A model generated the notes under the pieces. The model had not been told where the DNA came from and ran no database searches. It saw nothing but the letters and a program-made list of their open reading frames with translations. This document shows, piece by piece, positions 31,493 to 44,051 of a stretch of DNA of 64,000 bases; the first letter of the stretch is position 1; each line of letters starts with the position of its first letter. Position numbers and translations under genes: made by a program. The DNA lies in NCBI GenBank assembly GCA_963746845.1, contig CAVVCZ010000006.1:384001-448000 (forward strand). The letters are read 5' to 3'. The stretch is from an uncultured Chloroflexia bacterium. GTDB taxonomy: Bacteria; Chloroflexota; Limnocylindria; Limnocylindrales; CSP1-4.

Positions 31493-31654
31493 ATGAGCAA
31501 GAGCTTCTTCGCTGCGCCCGTGCTGACCCGCCACGCGGCGGCGATGCGCGCCCAGCACGCCACCCACCGCCACCCCGTGATTGGCTGCCCCGACTGTCTC
31601 GGGCAGTCGTCCGGCCGGGGCCTCTCGATCCGGTACGCGCCCGCCCGCGTCTAG
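31493..31654 (+). CDS. Small 53-aa protein with His-rich/CxxC putative zinc site (not in ORF track)
   Basis: MSKSFFAAPVLTRHAAAMRAQHATHRHPVIGCPDCLGQSSGRGLSIRYAPARV*; GAGG upstream; hairpin terminator downstream. Confidence 0.55.
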   Translation: MSKSFFAAPVLTRHAAAMRAQHATHRHPVIGCPDCLGQSSGRGLSIRYAPARV

Positions 31655-31673
31655 CCGTTCCGGCAGTCGCCCG

Positions 31674-31704
31674 ACGACCGCCACCAGGTGATCGGCGGTC
31701 GTTT
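31674..31704 (+). terminator. Putative terminator after the small CxxC gene
   Basis: 9-bp stem ACGACCGCC/GGCGGTCGT followed by TT. Confidence 0.45.
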
Positions 31705-32128
31705 GGCGTCGGGCTCCGGTCCGGGCGCTCGACACCGGCCGTTTCCGTCATCCGGCCTGCTGCCGGCCCTTCGTCACGGGATCGTCGTCAGCCGGCCGCC
31801 CCACGGCCCGCCGACAGGTTCCGGCCACTTCGGCGAGCGTGACCCGCACCTCGCCGCCAGCGGCGCGCTGACGAACGGCCTCGGTGAGGCCGGATGGCGA
31901 GAATCGCGAGTCCTCCTGGCGATCCGTCATACGACACCCAGGCGGTCGCAAGACGACTGAGTCGTGTCTTGCGATCAATGAGGCGGTCGGTTGTCAGATT
32001 CCGCACGGACTCCCGTGCGTGGCTGGGCCACGGGCATCGATTCCAGGCTGCCTGACGCCCGGGTGAGATTCGAATGACAGAAGCGCCCGCGATGAGTCGG
32101 TTCGGTGCCGAGCCATCGCGGCAGCCCG

Positions 32129-33070
32129 TCAGGGCGTCGTGGCGAGGGCCACCGCCAGCTCGGCGGCGACCCGGGCGTCGTTGACGATCAGCGCCGTGTT
32201 CGCGCGGACGGAGGCACCGTCCGTCAGCTCGGCGATCCGACCGAGGAGCCACGGCGTCAGGGCCGGCCCGCCGATCCCCGCGGCGTCCGCTTCACGGACC
32301 GCCCGCTCGACGGCGCCCCGTGCCACGTCGCCGGGGAGTGCCTCCGCCTCCGGCACCGGCACGCACACCAGGACCCCGCCGAGCCCCAGCCGCCCCTGCA
32401 TGCCGACGATCCGCGCCGCGTCGGCGACCGTCGGCGCCGTTGCCGGCGAGCGGATCCCGCTCGACCGCGCATAGAACCCCGGCACCTCGTCCTGTCCGAT
32501 GGTCAGCACCGGTACGCCCCGCGTCTCGAGGTACTCGATCGTCGCCGGCACATCGAGGATCGCCTTCGGCCCCGCGCACACGACCGCGACCGGCGTCCGG
32601 GCGAGCTCCTCCAGGTCCGACGAGATGTCGAGCGTCGGGGCGCGGCCGCCCTCCCCCGCGAGCGCGCCCCGATGGACGCCTCCGATCCCGCCCGTCGCGA
32701 AGACGCGGATCCCCGCCGCGTGCGCGGCGATCATCGTCGCGGAGACGGTCGTGGCCGCCCAGCCGGTCCGCGCCACGGCCGCGGCGAGACTGGGCCGCGC
32801 GGCCTTCATCACCGAGCCCTCCGGCGCGGTGGCGAGCGCCTCCAGGTCCGCAGCGTCCAGGCCGACGAGCAACCTCCCATCGCGGATCGCCACCGTCGCG
32901 GGCACGGCGCCACCCGCCCGCACGGCAGCCTCCGACGCCCGGGCGACCTCGAGGTTCGCGGGATACGGCAGTCCGTGGCTGATCAACGTCGACTCGAGCG
33001 CCACGACCGGCGTCCCGGCGGCGAGCGCCTCGCGGACCTCGCCCCGGACGCGGAGCCAGGGCTCGATCAC
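32129..33070 (-). CDS. psuG: Pseudouridine-5'-phosphate glycosidase
   Basis: PVVALESTLISHGLPYPAN, ATTVSATM, FATGGIGGVHRG, DISSDL, KAILD, TPWLL, SVRANTALIVND; GTG at 33070. Confidence 0.95.
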   Translation of the reverse strand: MIEPWLRVRGEVREALAAGTPVVALESTLISHGLPYPANLEVARASEAAVRAGGAVPATVAIRDGRLLVGLDAADLEALATAPEGSVMKAARPSLAAAVARTGWAATTVSATMIAAHAAGIRVFATGGIGGVHRGALAGEGGRAPTLDISSDLEELARTPVAVVCAGPKAILDVPATIEYLETRGVPVLTIGQDEVPGFYARSSGIRSPATAPTVADAARIVGMQGRLGLGGVLVCVPVPEAEALPGDVARGAVERAVREADAAGIGGPALTPWLLGRIAELTDGASVRANTALIVNDARVAAELAVALATTP

Positions 33071-34017
33071 AGGCTGAGCTCCTTGCCCGGGTTGGCCAGC
33101 TGACGACCCGCCGCCCGATGCGCGGCGAGGACCGCCCGGCGCAGTGCCGCCGGTCGCGACCGCACCTCGGCCGGCTGGTCCAGCCACGCGACGAGGAACC
33201 CGGCATCGAACGCGTCGCCCGCACCGGTCGTGTCGGTCGCATCCTTCGCCCGCGCGGCGACGTCGAACGCGAGCCGCGAGGCGCCGTCCCGCGCCAGGAC
33301 CGTCGCCCCGGCCCGGCCCTGCTTCACGACGGCCAGCGGCGCCAGGTCCGTCAGCCCGCTGAGATACGGGCCGCCGAGCAGCGCCTCCGCCTCCAGCCGC
33401 GTCGCGAACAGGACGTCCGGCGCGGCGTTCTCGACCAGCTTCACGGCGGCCCGCCGCCCACGTGACAGCAAGGGGCGAGCGGACGCGAGATCGAGGCTCA
33501 CGAGCGCGCCCGCCTCACGCGCGAGCTCGATCGCTCGGGCGCCCGCCTGCGCGAGCGGCTCGCCGAGCAGCGAATACGCGGGCAGGTGGAGCAGGTCGGC
33601 GCGGAACGTCGACGCCTGGAGGTCCGACGGCGCCAGGCCATCCGCTGCGGCCCGGTCGGCCACGAAGCTGCGCTCGCCGCCCGGCGTGACGACTACCCCG
33701 ATCCGCCCGGTCCGCCCGGCGACGCGGGTCGCGCGGACGCGGACCCCGTCGGATTCGACGGCCGCGACGAGGGCGCGCCCGACCGAGTCGCGGCCGATCG
33801 CGCAGACGAGCGTCGTCCGCACGCCGAGGCGCGCGAGCCAGCGGGCGGTCGTGGCCGCGGACCCGCCCTGGCGCAGCACCACCCGCCCGGGCACGTCCGT
33901 CGCGGTCTCGAGCGTCCGGATCGGGACGATGACCGCATCGAGGACGAGGTCGCCCACGACGACCACGCGCGACCCGGATCGGGCGGTCGGATGCCGGCGG
34001 GAAAGGCCTCTGGGCAT
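33067..34017 (-). CDS. PfkB-family carbohydrate kinase (probable pseudouridine kinase by context)
   Basis: VVVGDLVLD, GGSAATTA, DTTGAGDAFDAGF; coupled to psuG. Confidence 0.85.
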   Translation of the reverse strand: MPRGLSRRHPTARSGSRVVVVGDLVLDAVIVPIRTLETATDVPGRVVLRQGGSAATTARWLARLGVRTTLVCAIGRDSVGRALVAAVESDGVRVRATRVAGRTGRIGVVVTPGGERSFVADRAAADGLAPSDLQASTFRADLLHLPAYSLLGEPLAQAGARAIELAREAGALVSLDLASARPLLSRGRRAAVKLVENAAPDVLFATRLEAEALLGGPYLSGLTDLAPLAVVKQGRAGATVLARDGASRLAFDVAARAKDATDTTGAGDAFDAGFLVAWLDQPAEVRSRPAALRRAVLAAHRAAGRQLANPGKELSL

Positions 34018-34159
34018 GGCCCGAGCATAGCGTCGGGCGCGCCGCATGGGCGCGACGAGGGGGCCGTCCGGAGCCGGTCACGAGCCGGAACGCGCCTACA
34101 ATGGATGCACCGCGCCGGATCCTCCGGAGCTCCACCGGCCCAGCGGGAGCACGCCCACG

Positions 34160-36256
34160 ATGACGACCGCCACGGAGACCCTCGACCGCCTCGCGATCGA
34201 CACCATCCGGACCCTGTCGATCGACGGCGTCCAGAAGGCGAATTCCGGGCACCCGGGCGCCCCGATGGGCGCCGCGCCGATGGCCTACACCCTCTGGACG
34301 CGGTTCCTCCGGCATGCCCCCACCCGGCCGGACTGGCCGGATCGCGACCGGTTCGTCCTGAGCGCCGGCCACGCGTCGATGCTCCTGTACTCCCTCCTCC
34401 ACCTGACCGGATACGAGGTGACCCTGGAGGATCTCGAGAGCTTCCGGCAATGGGGCTCGAAGACCCCCGGGCACCCGGAGTACGCGCTCACGCCCGGGGT
34501 CGAGGCGACGACCGGCCCGCTCGGGCAGGGCTTCGCGAACGCGGTCGGGATGGCGATCGCCGAGGCGCGTCTCGCGGCCGAGTTCAACCGCGACGGCCAT
34601 GACATCGTCGACCATTGGACGTACACGCTCTGCTCGGACGGCGATCTCCAGGAGGGGATCGCTTCGGAGGCCGCGAGCCTCGCCGGCCATCTCCGGCTCC
34701 GGAAGCTCGTCGCCCTGTACGACGACAACCACATCCAGCTCGACGGGCCGACCTCGATGGCCTGGTCCGAGGACGTCGTCGCCCGCTTCGAGGCGTATGG
34801 CTGGCATGCCGTCCGGGTCGAGGACGGCAACGACATCGACGCGATCGCGGCGGCGATCGAGGACGCCCGCGCCGACGACCGGCCGAGCCTGATCGCCGTC
34901 CGAACGCACATCGGCTTCGGCAGCCCGAACAAGCAGGACAGCCAGAAGGCCCACGGGTCACCCCTCGGCCCGGACGAGGTCCGGCTGACGAAGGAGGCCT
35001 ACGGCTGGGATCCCGACCGGACGTTCTGGGTCCCTGACGACGCGCGTGACCTCTTCCGGCGCGCGATCCCGGCCGGCAACGACCTCGTCGACGCGTGGGA
35101 GCGGGCCTTCGCTTCCTACGCCGCCGAATACCCGGACGTCGCGGCCGCATTCCGGCGACGGGTCGTCGAGCGTCGGCTGCCCGACGGCTGGGACGCCGGG
35201 CTCCCGTCGTACGCAGACGGGGTCGAGGTCGCCACCCGCAACGCCAGCCAGGACGTGATCCAGGCGCTCGCGCAACCGCTCCCGCGGCTCTTCGGGGGCG
35301 CCGCGGACCTGTCGGAGTCCAACCTGACCGACGTCAAGGGCGAGGGCTCGTTCGAGGCGGACTCGCCCGGGCGGAACCTCCGGTTCGGCGTCCGCGAGCA
35401 CGCGATGGGCGGGATCGCCAACGGGATCGCCTACCACGGCGGGTTCATCCCGTACGTCGCGACGTTCCTGACGTTCAGCGACTACATGCGCGGGTCGGTC
35501 CGGCTCGCGGCGCTCAGCGGACTCCAGGTGATCTACGTCTGGACCCACGACTCGGTGGGCCTCGGCGAGGACGGGCCGACCCACCAGCCGGTCGAGCACT
35601 ATGCCGCCCTCCGGGCGATCCCGAACCTGTGGTTCGTTCGCCCGGGCGACGCCAACGAGACGGCGGCCGCATGGGCGCTCGCGATCGAACGAGGGCTGGA
35701 CGATCCGTCGGGGCCGATCGCGCTCTCGCTGACCCGCCAGAAGCTTCCGACGCTCGCGGGCACGGACGAGGGGGCCCGCGACGGGCTGCGTCGCGGCGGC
35801 TACGTGCTGCGGGAGGCAGCGGGCCGGTCGCCCCGGATCATCCTCATCGGGACGGGCTCGGAGCTGCAGCTCGCGTTCGGTGCGGCCGAGGCGCTCGAGG
35901 CCGACGGCATCGCGGCCCGCGTCGTGTCCCTCCCGTGCTGGGAGCGGTTCGAGGCGCAGGACGCCGCCTACCGCGAGTCCGTCCTGCCACGCGCGGTCCG
36001 GGCCCGGGTGGCCGTGGAGGCGGGGGTCTCGCTCGGCTGGGATCGCTGGGTCGGTGACGAGGGAGCGATCGTCGGGCTCGACCATTTCGGCGCGAGCGCC
36101 CCGGCGGGCACGATCTTCGAGAAGTTCGGGTTCACGGTCGATCGCGTCGTCTCCGTTGCCCGCGGCGTCCTCGATGGCTCGGTCCGCGGGCCGCAGCCCA
36201 CGCTCGAGCCCGGACATCTGCCTGCGCCGCGCGGCGGCCATCCGGGCCACGGCTGA
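34160..36256 (+). CDS. tkt: Transketolase
   Basis: [51 protein letters not shown]; ATG at 34160. Confidence 0.98.
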   Translation: MTTATETLDRLAIDTIRTLSIDGVQKANSGHPGAPMGAAPMAYTLWTRFLRHAPTRPDWPDRDRFVLSAGHASMLLYSLLHLTGYEVTLEDLESFRQWGSKTPGHPEYALTPGVEATTGPLGQGFANAVGMAIAEARLAAEFNRDGHDIVDHWTYTLCSDGDLQEGIASEAASLAGHLRLRKLVALYDDNHIQLDGPTSMAWSEDVVARFEAYGWHAVRVEDGNDIDAIAAAIEDARADDRPSLIAVRTHIGFGSPNKQDSQKAHGSPLGPDEVRLTKEAYGWDPDRTFWVPDDARDLFRRAIPAGNDLVDAWERAFASYAAEYPDVAAAFRRRVVERRLPDGWDAGLPSYADGVEVATRNASQDVIQALAQPLPRLFGGAADLSESNLTDVKGEGSFEADSPGRNLRFGVREHAMGGIANGIAYHGGFIPYVATFLTFSDYMRGSVRLAALSGLQVIYVWTHDSVGLGEDGPTHQPVEHYAALRAIPNLWFVRPGDANETAAAWALAIERGLDDPSGPIALSLTRQKLPTLAGTDEGARDGLRRGGYVLREAAGRSPRIILIGTGSELQLAFGAAEALEADGIAARVVSLPCWERFEAQDAAYRESVLPRAVRARVAVEAGVSLGWDRWVGDEGAIVGLDHFGASAPAGTIFEKFGFTVDRVVSVARGVLDGSVRGPQPTLEPGHLPAPRGGHPGHG

Positions 36257-36266
36257 GCGCGGCCCG

Positions 36267-36725
36267 ATGCGCGTTGCATTCGCCGCGGACCATGCCGGTG
36301 CCGCGCTCAAGGACGAGATGCGTCGTCGCCTGGAGGCAGCCGGTCTCGGCCACGAGTCGATCGACCTCGGCGGCGACGGGTCGGACCCGAACGATGACTA
36401 TCCGGACTTCGCCGCCCGACTCGGCTACGCCGTCCGGGACGGCGAGGCGGATCGGGGCATCCTGATCTGCGGCTCGGGCGTCGGCGCGAGCGTCGCGGCC
36501 AACAAGATCCGCGGCGTGCGAACCGCCGTCTGCCACGACACCTACTCCGCCCACCAGGGCGTCGAGCACGACGACATGAACGTGCTGACGCTCGGCTCCC
36601 GGGTGATCGGGCCGGAACCCGCCTGGGAGTGCGTCGTCGCCTTCCTCGGCGCGACGTTCAGTGGCGAGCCGCGCCATCAGCGCCGACTGGACAAGGTCCT
36701 CGCCATCGAAGCGGCGGAACGCTGA
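36267..36725 (+). CDS. rpiB: Ribose-5-phosphate isomerase B
   Basis: [37 protein letters not shown]. Confidence 0.96.
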   Translation: MRVAFAADHAGAALKDEMRRRLEAAGLGHESIDLGGDGSDPNDDYPDFAARLGYAVRDGEADRGILICGSGVGASVAANKIRGVRTAVCHDTYSAHQGVEHDDMNVLTLGSRVIGPEPAWECVVAFLGATFSGEPRHQRRLDKVLAIEAAER

Positions 36726-38125
36726 CGGCCGCCGGTCCGGCCGACCTCTGGGTGGCGTCGGCGTCCGACCTCGCCCACCGGATCCGATCGGGCGAGGTCG
36801 CGTCGGTCGAGGTCGTCGAGGCGTGCCTGGACCGGATTGCTGCAGTCAACCCGTCGATCAACGCGGTCGTTGCGCTCGCCGACGACGCCCTGGATCGCGC
36901 CCGAGGCGCGGACGCCAGGCTGGCGGCCGGCGAGACGGATGGCCCGCTCCACGGCGTCCCGTTCACGATCAAGGACTCGCTGGACACGGCCGGCGTCGTT
37001 ACGACGGCGGGCACGATCGGGTGGCGCGACCGGATCCCCGAGCGCGATGCGACGGTCGTGGCTCGCCTCCGCGCCGCGGGCGGGATCCTGCTCGGCAAGA
37101 CGAACACGCCGGAGTTCACCTGGTCGGACGAGACCGACAACGACGTGTACGGCCGGACGTCGAACCCGTACGACCTCGAGCGCACGCCGGGCGGCAGCTC
37201 GGGCGGCGCGGCCGCGATCGTCGCGGCGGGTGGGTCGCCGTTCGACATCGGCAGCGACACGGGCGACAGCATCCGCCAGCCGGCCCACGTCTGCGGGATC
37301 GCGGGGATCAAGCCGACCCAGGGCCGCGTCCCGCGGACCGGCCACTGGCCCGGGTTCGCCGGGATCGTCGCCGGTCTCCAGCAGCTTGGGCCGCTCGCCC
37401 GGCGCGTCGATGACCTCGCCCTGATCCTGCCGATCATCGCCGGCCCCGACGGCGTGGACCCGCACGTCGCCCCCGCCCCGCTCGGCGATCCCGGCGCGGT
37501 CGACGTCGGCGCGCTGCGGGTCGTCGCCTTCACGGACAACGGCATCCGGACCCCGACGCCCGACACCGTCCGGGCCGTCGAGGCGGCCGTCGCTGCGGTC
37601 GCGAACACCGGCGCGGTCATCGAGTGGGAGGTGCCGCCGGGTCTCGACGAGGCCTGGGAGGCCTGGGACCGGCTGATCCGGAGCGACGGCTTCGGCTGGC
37701 TCCGGCGGCTGATCGCCGAGGCCGGCACGCCCGGCTGGGGGTCATACGCGACGCGCGGCTGGATCGACCCGGGGCCACCCGTGGCCGGTGACGAGCTGAG
37801 CGCGATCGTCGAGGGAGCGGACCGAGCTCGGTCCAGCCTGCTCCAGTGGTTCCAGCGGGCCGACCTGATCATCTGCCCGGCCATGCCCCAGCCGGCGATC
37901 CGCCACGGCGAGAGCACGGCGGCGTGGTTCGACGACACCTACAGCGACGTCCACAACCTGACCGGCTGGCCGGCGGCCGTCGTCCGCGGCGGGACGTCGA
38001 CCGATGACCCGCCGCTGCCGATCGGCGTCCAGCTCGTCGCCCGCCCGTGGCGGGAGGACGTGGCGCTCGCGGCGGCGCGGGTCGTCGAGGCGGCATCGGG
38101 CGGGTGGCGACCGCCGCCGATCTGA
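36722..38125 (+). CDS. Amidase signature family protein (start CTG at 36722 or GTG at 36752)
   Basis: [45 protein letters not shown]. Confidence 0.9.
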   Translation: MTAAGPADLWVASASDLAHRIRSGEVASVEVVEACLDRIAAVNPSINAVVALADDALDRARGADARLAAGETDGPLHGVPFTIKDSLDTAGVVTTAGTIGWRDRIPERDATVVARLRAAGGILLGKTNTPEFTWSDETDNDVYGRTSNPYDLERTPGGSSGGAAAIVAAGGSPFDIGSDTGDSIRQPAHVCGIAGIKPTQGRVPRTGHWPGFAGIVAGLQQLGPLARRVDDLALILPIIAGPDGVDPHVAPAPLGDPGAVDVGALRVVAFTDNGIRTPTPDTVRAVEAAVAAVANTGAVIEWEVPPGLDEAWEAWDRLIRSDGFGWLRRLIAEAGTPGWGSYATRGWIDPGPPVAGDELSAIVEGADRARSSLLQWFQRADLIICPAMPQPAIRHGESTAAWFDDTYSDVHNLTGWPAAVVRGGTSTDDPPLPIGVQLVARPWREDVALAAARVVEAASGGWRPPPI

Positions 38126-38225
38126 GCCGGCGGCCGGCACACCGGCCGGCACCACCTGCCGGAACGCCCTGTTCATCGAGTCGCAATGCCCAACACGGCG
38201 TGTCCGGACTACCATGCGAGGACCG

Positions 38226-40010
38226 ATGACCAATTCCGCCGCTTCTCCGTCGATCGCGCCGATTCGCCTGACCCTCGGGGCGGGCGAGGCGGCCTACGAC
38301 GAGGCCGTGCGCCAGGCCCGTGACGAGCACTGGGCGAAGCGCCTGTTCGACCGCGACGCGTCGCTCTGGTCATCGAATGAGCGCGTCCAGGCCGCGATCG
38401 GGGATCGGCTCGGCTGGCTCGACAGCCCGGCCCACTTCACGGACCAGATCGGGGCGCTCGAGGGGTTCGGCGAGGGGATCCGCGATTCCGGGTTCACGAC
38501 CGCGATCGTCGCCGGCATGGGCGGGAGCAGCCTCGCTCCCGAGGTCCTCCGCGAGGTCTTCGGCAAGCTGGACGACTGGCTCGACCTGCGCGTCCTCGAC
38601 ACGACCGACCCGGCGGGCGTCGCCGCGACCGTCGACGACCTCGATCCGCTCGCGACCCTCTGGATCGTCGCGACGAAGTCCGGGACCACGACGGAGCCAC
38701 TCGCCTTCCTCGCCGACTTCTGGGAGCGCGGAGAGCACGCACTGCGTGCCCGCGGTGCGAAGCGTTTCGAGCACGCCGGCGAGCTGGCGATCGCGATCAC
38801 CGACCCGGGCCCGAGCGTCGAGGCGATCCCCCATCACGACGACTTCCGCGAGGTCTTCCTCAACCCACCGGACATCGGCGGGCGGTACTCCGCGCTGAGC
38901 TACGTCGGGCTCGTGCCGGCCAGCCTGCTCGGCATCGACCTGGACCCGCTCCTCGAGTCCGCCCGGGCCATGGAGGACGCCTGCCGCGACGACGACCCGG
39001 AGACGAACCCCGGCGTGTCGCTCGGCCTGGCGTTCGGGACGCTCGCGAAGAACGGCCGCGACAAGCTGACGTTCGTGGCGGACCCGTCGCTCGAGGCCTT
39101 CGGCTCGTGGGTGGAGCAGCTGATCGCCGAGTCCACGGGCAAGCGTGGGGTCGGGATCGTCCCGATCGATCGCGAGCCGCTCGGCGACATCGCCGCGTAC
39201 GGCAACGACCGGGTCTTCGTCCGGCTGGCGCTCGCGCCGCTCGAGGGCGAGACGCCGTACGCCGCAGGTGATGCCTTCGTTGCCGCGGCCGCGGTCGCGG
39301 GCCACCCGGTCATCCGGATCGACGTCGGCGACCCGATCGACCTCGGCGCCGAGGCGTTCCGCTGGGAGGTCGCCACCGCGGTGGCGGGCGCCGTGATCGG
39401 GATCGACCCGTTCGACCAGCCGAACGTCGAGGAGGCCAAGGAGCTCACGCGGCACGTCCTCGCGGCGGCCTCGTCCGGCCAGCAGCCGGCCGCCCCGCCG
39501 CCGCCGATCGTCGTCGACGACGCCGCGGGCCTGACCCTCCACGGCGACGCCCCGATGCGCCTCACCGCGGGCGATGGGACGCTCGTCGGCGAGCTGGCCC
39601 GCCACCTCGCCCGGCGCAAGCCCAACGCCTATCTCGCCCTCCAGGCGTTCATCGCCCCGTCGGCGACGTCGAGCGCCTCGATGGCCCGGATCCGGGCGCT
39701 GCTCCGGGACACGACCCACTGCGCGACGACCGCCGGGTACGGCCCGCGCTTCCTGCACTCGACCGGTCAGCTCCACAAGGGCGGTGCCCCGATCGGGTGG
39801 TTCCTTCAGCTCACGGCGGACCATCCCGTCGATCGGCCGATCCCCGGCTGGCCGTACACGTTCGGCCGGCTCATCGACGCCCAGGCCGAGGGCGACTTCG
39901 CGGCGATCGAGGCCCACGACCTGCCGATCCTCCGCGTCCACCTCGCCGATCCGGAGCGTGGCCTGGCCGCGCTCGAGTCAGCCCTGCGCGAGGCGCTCGC
40001 CGGGGGCTGA
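38226..40010 (+). CDS. pgi: Glucose-6-phosphate isomerase (Pgi domain of Tal-Pgi type, without Tal domain)
   Basis: RLGWL, GMGGSSL, KSGTTTE, IGGRYSALS, WVEQLIAESTGK, PFDQPNVEEAK, GPRFLHSTGQLHKGG. Confidence 0.9.
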   Translation: MTNSAASPSIAPIRLTLGAGEAAYDEAVRQARDEHWAKRLFDRDASLWSSNERVQAAIGDRLGWLDSPAHFTDQIGALEGFGEGIRDSGFTTAIVAGMGGSSLAPEVLREVFGKLDDWLDLRVLDTTDPAGVAATVDDLDPLATLWIVATKSGTTTEPLAFLADFWERGEHALRARGAKRFEHAGELAIAITDPGPSVEAIPHHDDFREVFLNPPDIGGRYSALSYVGLVPASLLGIDLDPLLESARAMEDACRDDDPETNPGVSLGLAFGTLAKNGRDKLTFVADPSLEAFGSWVEQLIAESTGKRGVGIVPIDREPLGDIAAYGNDRVFVRLALAPLEGETPYAAGDAFVAAAAVAGHPVIRIDVGDPIDLGAEAFRWEVATAVAGAVIGIDPFDQPNVEEAKELTRHVLAAASSGQQPAAPPPPIVVDDAAGLTLHGDAPMRLTAGDGTLVGELARHLARRKPNAYLALQAFIAPSATSSASMARIRALLRDTTHCATTAGYGPRFLHSTGQLHKGGAPIGWFLQLTADHPVDRPIPGWPYTFGRLIDAQAEGDFAAIEAHDLPILRVHLADPERGLAALESALREALAGG

Positions 40011-40070
40011 AGGTCAGGGTCACGCCACGCCGGCCGCCGCCGGCCCGACACGACAGGGAGGCGCATCGCA

Positions 40071-40970
40071 ATGCGGATCGGGTTCGTCGGTCTCGGGCGG
40101 ATGGGCGCCAACATGGTCCGTCGGCTCGTGCGGGACGGCCACGAGGTCGTGGCGTACAACCGGACACCGGAGAAGACGAAGGAGATCGAGGGTGAGGGCG
40201 CGATCGCGTCGTACTCGATCGCCGAGCTCGTCTCGAAGCTCGAGAAGCCGCGCGCGGTCTGGGTGATGGTCCCGGCCGGCGACGCGACCGAGGCCCAGAT
40301 CGCGGAGCTGATGGAGCACCTCGAGCCGGGCGACACGATCATCGACGGCGGGAACACGAACTTCCACGACGACCAGCGCCGCCACGGGGAGCTGGCCGCG
40401 AAGGGCGTCCACTACGTCGACGCCGGGACGTCCGGCGGGATCTGGGGGCTCCAGGTCGGGTACTGCCTCATGGTCGGCGGCGAGCCCGACGCCGTCACGC
40501 CGCTCGAGCCGATCTTCGGGACGCTCGCGCCGAAGGACGGCTACCTCCACGTCGGCGGGCCCGGAGCCGGGCACTACGTGAAGATGGTCCACAACGGGAT
40601 CGAGTACGGGCTGATGCAGGCCTACGCCGAGGGCTTCGAGATCATGCATGCCTCGTCGTACCAGCTCGACCTGGCGGCGATCTCGGAGCTGTGGATGCAG
40701 GGCTCCGTCGTCCGGTCGTGGCTGCTGGAGCTCGCGGGCAGGGCGTTCCGGGCGAACGGCCAGGACCTGACCCACCTCCAGGGCTACGTCGAGGATTCGG
40801 GGGAGGGCCGCTGGACCGTCCAGGAGGCGATCGACCACGACGTCCCGGCACCGGTCATCACGCTGTCGCTCCTGACCCGGTTCCGGTCGCGCCAGTCCGA
40901 CTCCTATGGCGCGAAGGTGCTGGCGGCGCTGCGCAACGAGTTCGGTGGTCATGCGGTCAGGACCGAGTGA
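40071..40970 (+). CDS. gnd: 6-phosphogluconate dehydrogenase, decarboxylating (short YqeC type)
   Basis: GLGRMG, IIDGGN, DAGTSGG, GHYVKMVHNGIEYG, DSGEGRW, RNEFGGH. Confidence 0.97.
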   Translation: MRIGFVGLGRMGANMVRRLVRDGHEVVAYNRTPEKTKEIEGEGAIASYSIAELVSKLEKPRAVWVMVPAGDATEAQIAELMEHLEPGDTIIDGGNTNFHDDQRRHGELAAKGVHYVDAGTSGGIWGLQVGYCLMVGGEPDAVTPLEPIFGTLAPKDGYLHVGGPGAGHYVKMVHNGIEYGLMQAYAEGFEIMHASSYQLDLAAISELWMQGSVVRSWLLELAGRAFRANGQDLTHLQGYVEDSGEGRWTVQEAIDHDVPAPVITLSLLTRFRSRQSDSYGAKVLAALRNEFGGHAVRTE

Positions 40971-41000
40971 CCGCGGCGCGATGAGCGCGACCCGCCGGCC

Positions 41001-42710
<1,710 letters not shown>

Positions 42711-42729
42711 TGACCCCGGGGATCCGACC

Positions 42730-43996
42730 ATGAGCCTCGTCATGGGCGGTCTCGTCGCCGTGCCCGCAGGGCGCACGCCCGAACGAGCCTGTGCTGCGCT
42801 GGCGATCGCGCGCCCACAGCATCGAGGAGGTCGAGACCGAGCTCGCCCGGATCTGGTCCGAGATCAGCTTCACGGTCGATGCCGACGGAGACGGCGTCCG
42901 GGAGGAGCGCCACGTCGGGGCGCGGACGAGCGTGATGAACCTCGTCGTGATCGCCGGCCGGCCGGAGGTCGGCGAGCGCTGTGCGGCGATCATCCAGAAG
43001 CTCACGGGCCGCCATCCGTCCCGGACCACGATCGTCCAGCCCGCCGACCCGGACGGCCCGTCGTGGCTCGACGCCCACATCGTCGCCCACTGCGTCATGC
43101 CGCGGGTCGACGCTCCGGAGACCTGCGCGGAGACCATCCACCTGACGTGCGGCGGCGAGGCCGGCCGACACCTCGACGCCATCGTCGCACCGCTCCTGAT
43201 CCACGACCTGCCGGTGACGGTGTGGTGGCCGGACGAGCCGCCGTTCGCGAGCCCGAAGGCGAACGATCTCTTCGCGATGGCCGACCGGCTCGTCGTCGAC
43301 GGATCGGGCTGGCACGGCACCGGCCTGACCCAGCTTCGCCGGATGGCCGGGATGGCCGAGCGGCTGCCGATCGCGATCTCCGACTTCGCGCTCGTCCGGC
43401 AGTCCCGCTGGCGGGAGGCGATCGCGGCGATCTTCGACATCCCGGACTTCCTGCCGTACCTCCGGCACCTCCGCCGGATCGCGGTGACGTACGGCGTCCG
43501 CGACGAGTTCGGCGCGGAGTCGACGAACATCGTGAAGCCGCTCTACCACGCGGCCTGGATCGGGTCGCGGCTCGGGATGCACGTCGTCAAGCCGCTCGGG
43601 GCGACGACCGGCGGGCCGAAGCGGCCGGCGGGTCGCTCCACGACTCTCGCGAACCCGAGCGCCGGGCTCGGCGCGACGCTCCGCCTGGACCGGACGGACG
43701 TCGCGGTCGTCATCCGCCCGGTGCTGTCCGAGATGCCGCCCGGCACGACCCTCCGCGTCGAGCTGCTCGCCGACTGGCGCGGCTCGGAGCTCCGTGCCGA
43801 CGTCACCGCCGAGCAGGAGGCCGTCCACGTCCGGGTCTGGCAGGATGGGGTCCACTGCCTCGAGCGCGGGTTCACCGCCCCGCGCCGGAACGACATCGAC
43901 CTGCTCGCCGAGGCGATCGAGGCGGGCGGGCGCGATCCGGTCGCGATGGGCGCGCTGGCGCTGGCGGCAAGGCTGGCCGGCGGGGTCGGCGAGTGA
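42730..43996 (+). CDS. opcA: G6PDH assembly/regulatory protein OpcA (start ATG 42730 with a probable +1 frameshift at 42769-42771, or GTG 42791)
   Basis: Directly after zwf; RTSVMNLVV, HPSRT, PLLIHDLPVTVWW, RLVVD, WREAIAAIFD. Confidence 0.88.
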
Positions 43997-44051
43997 TCGA
44001 GATCCGGATCGGTCGAACGACCGTCACCGAGAGGCCCGGAGGGACCGCCCG

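Noticed and set aside
36722-38125. gatA (Glu-tRNA amidotransferase subunit A)
   Set aside because: No gatB/gatC neighbours and it lacks GatA-specific sequence; general amidase
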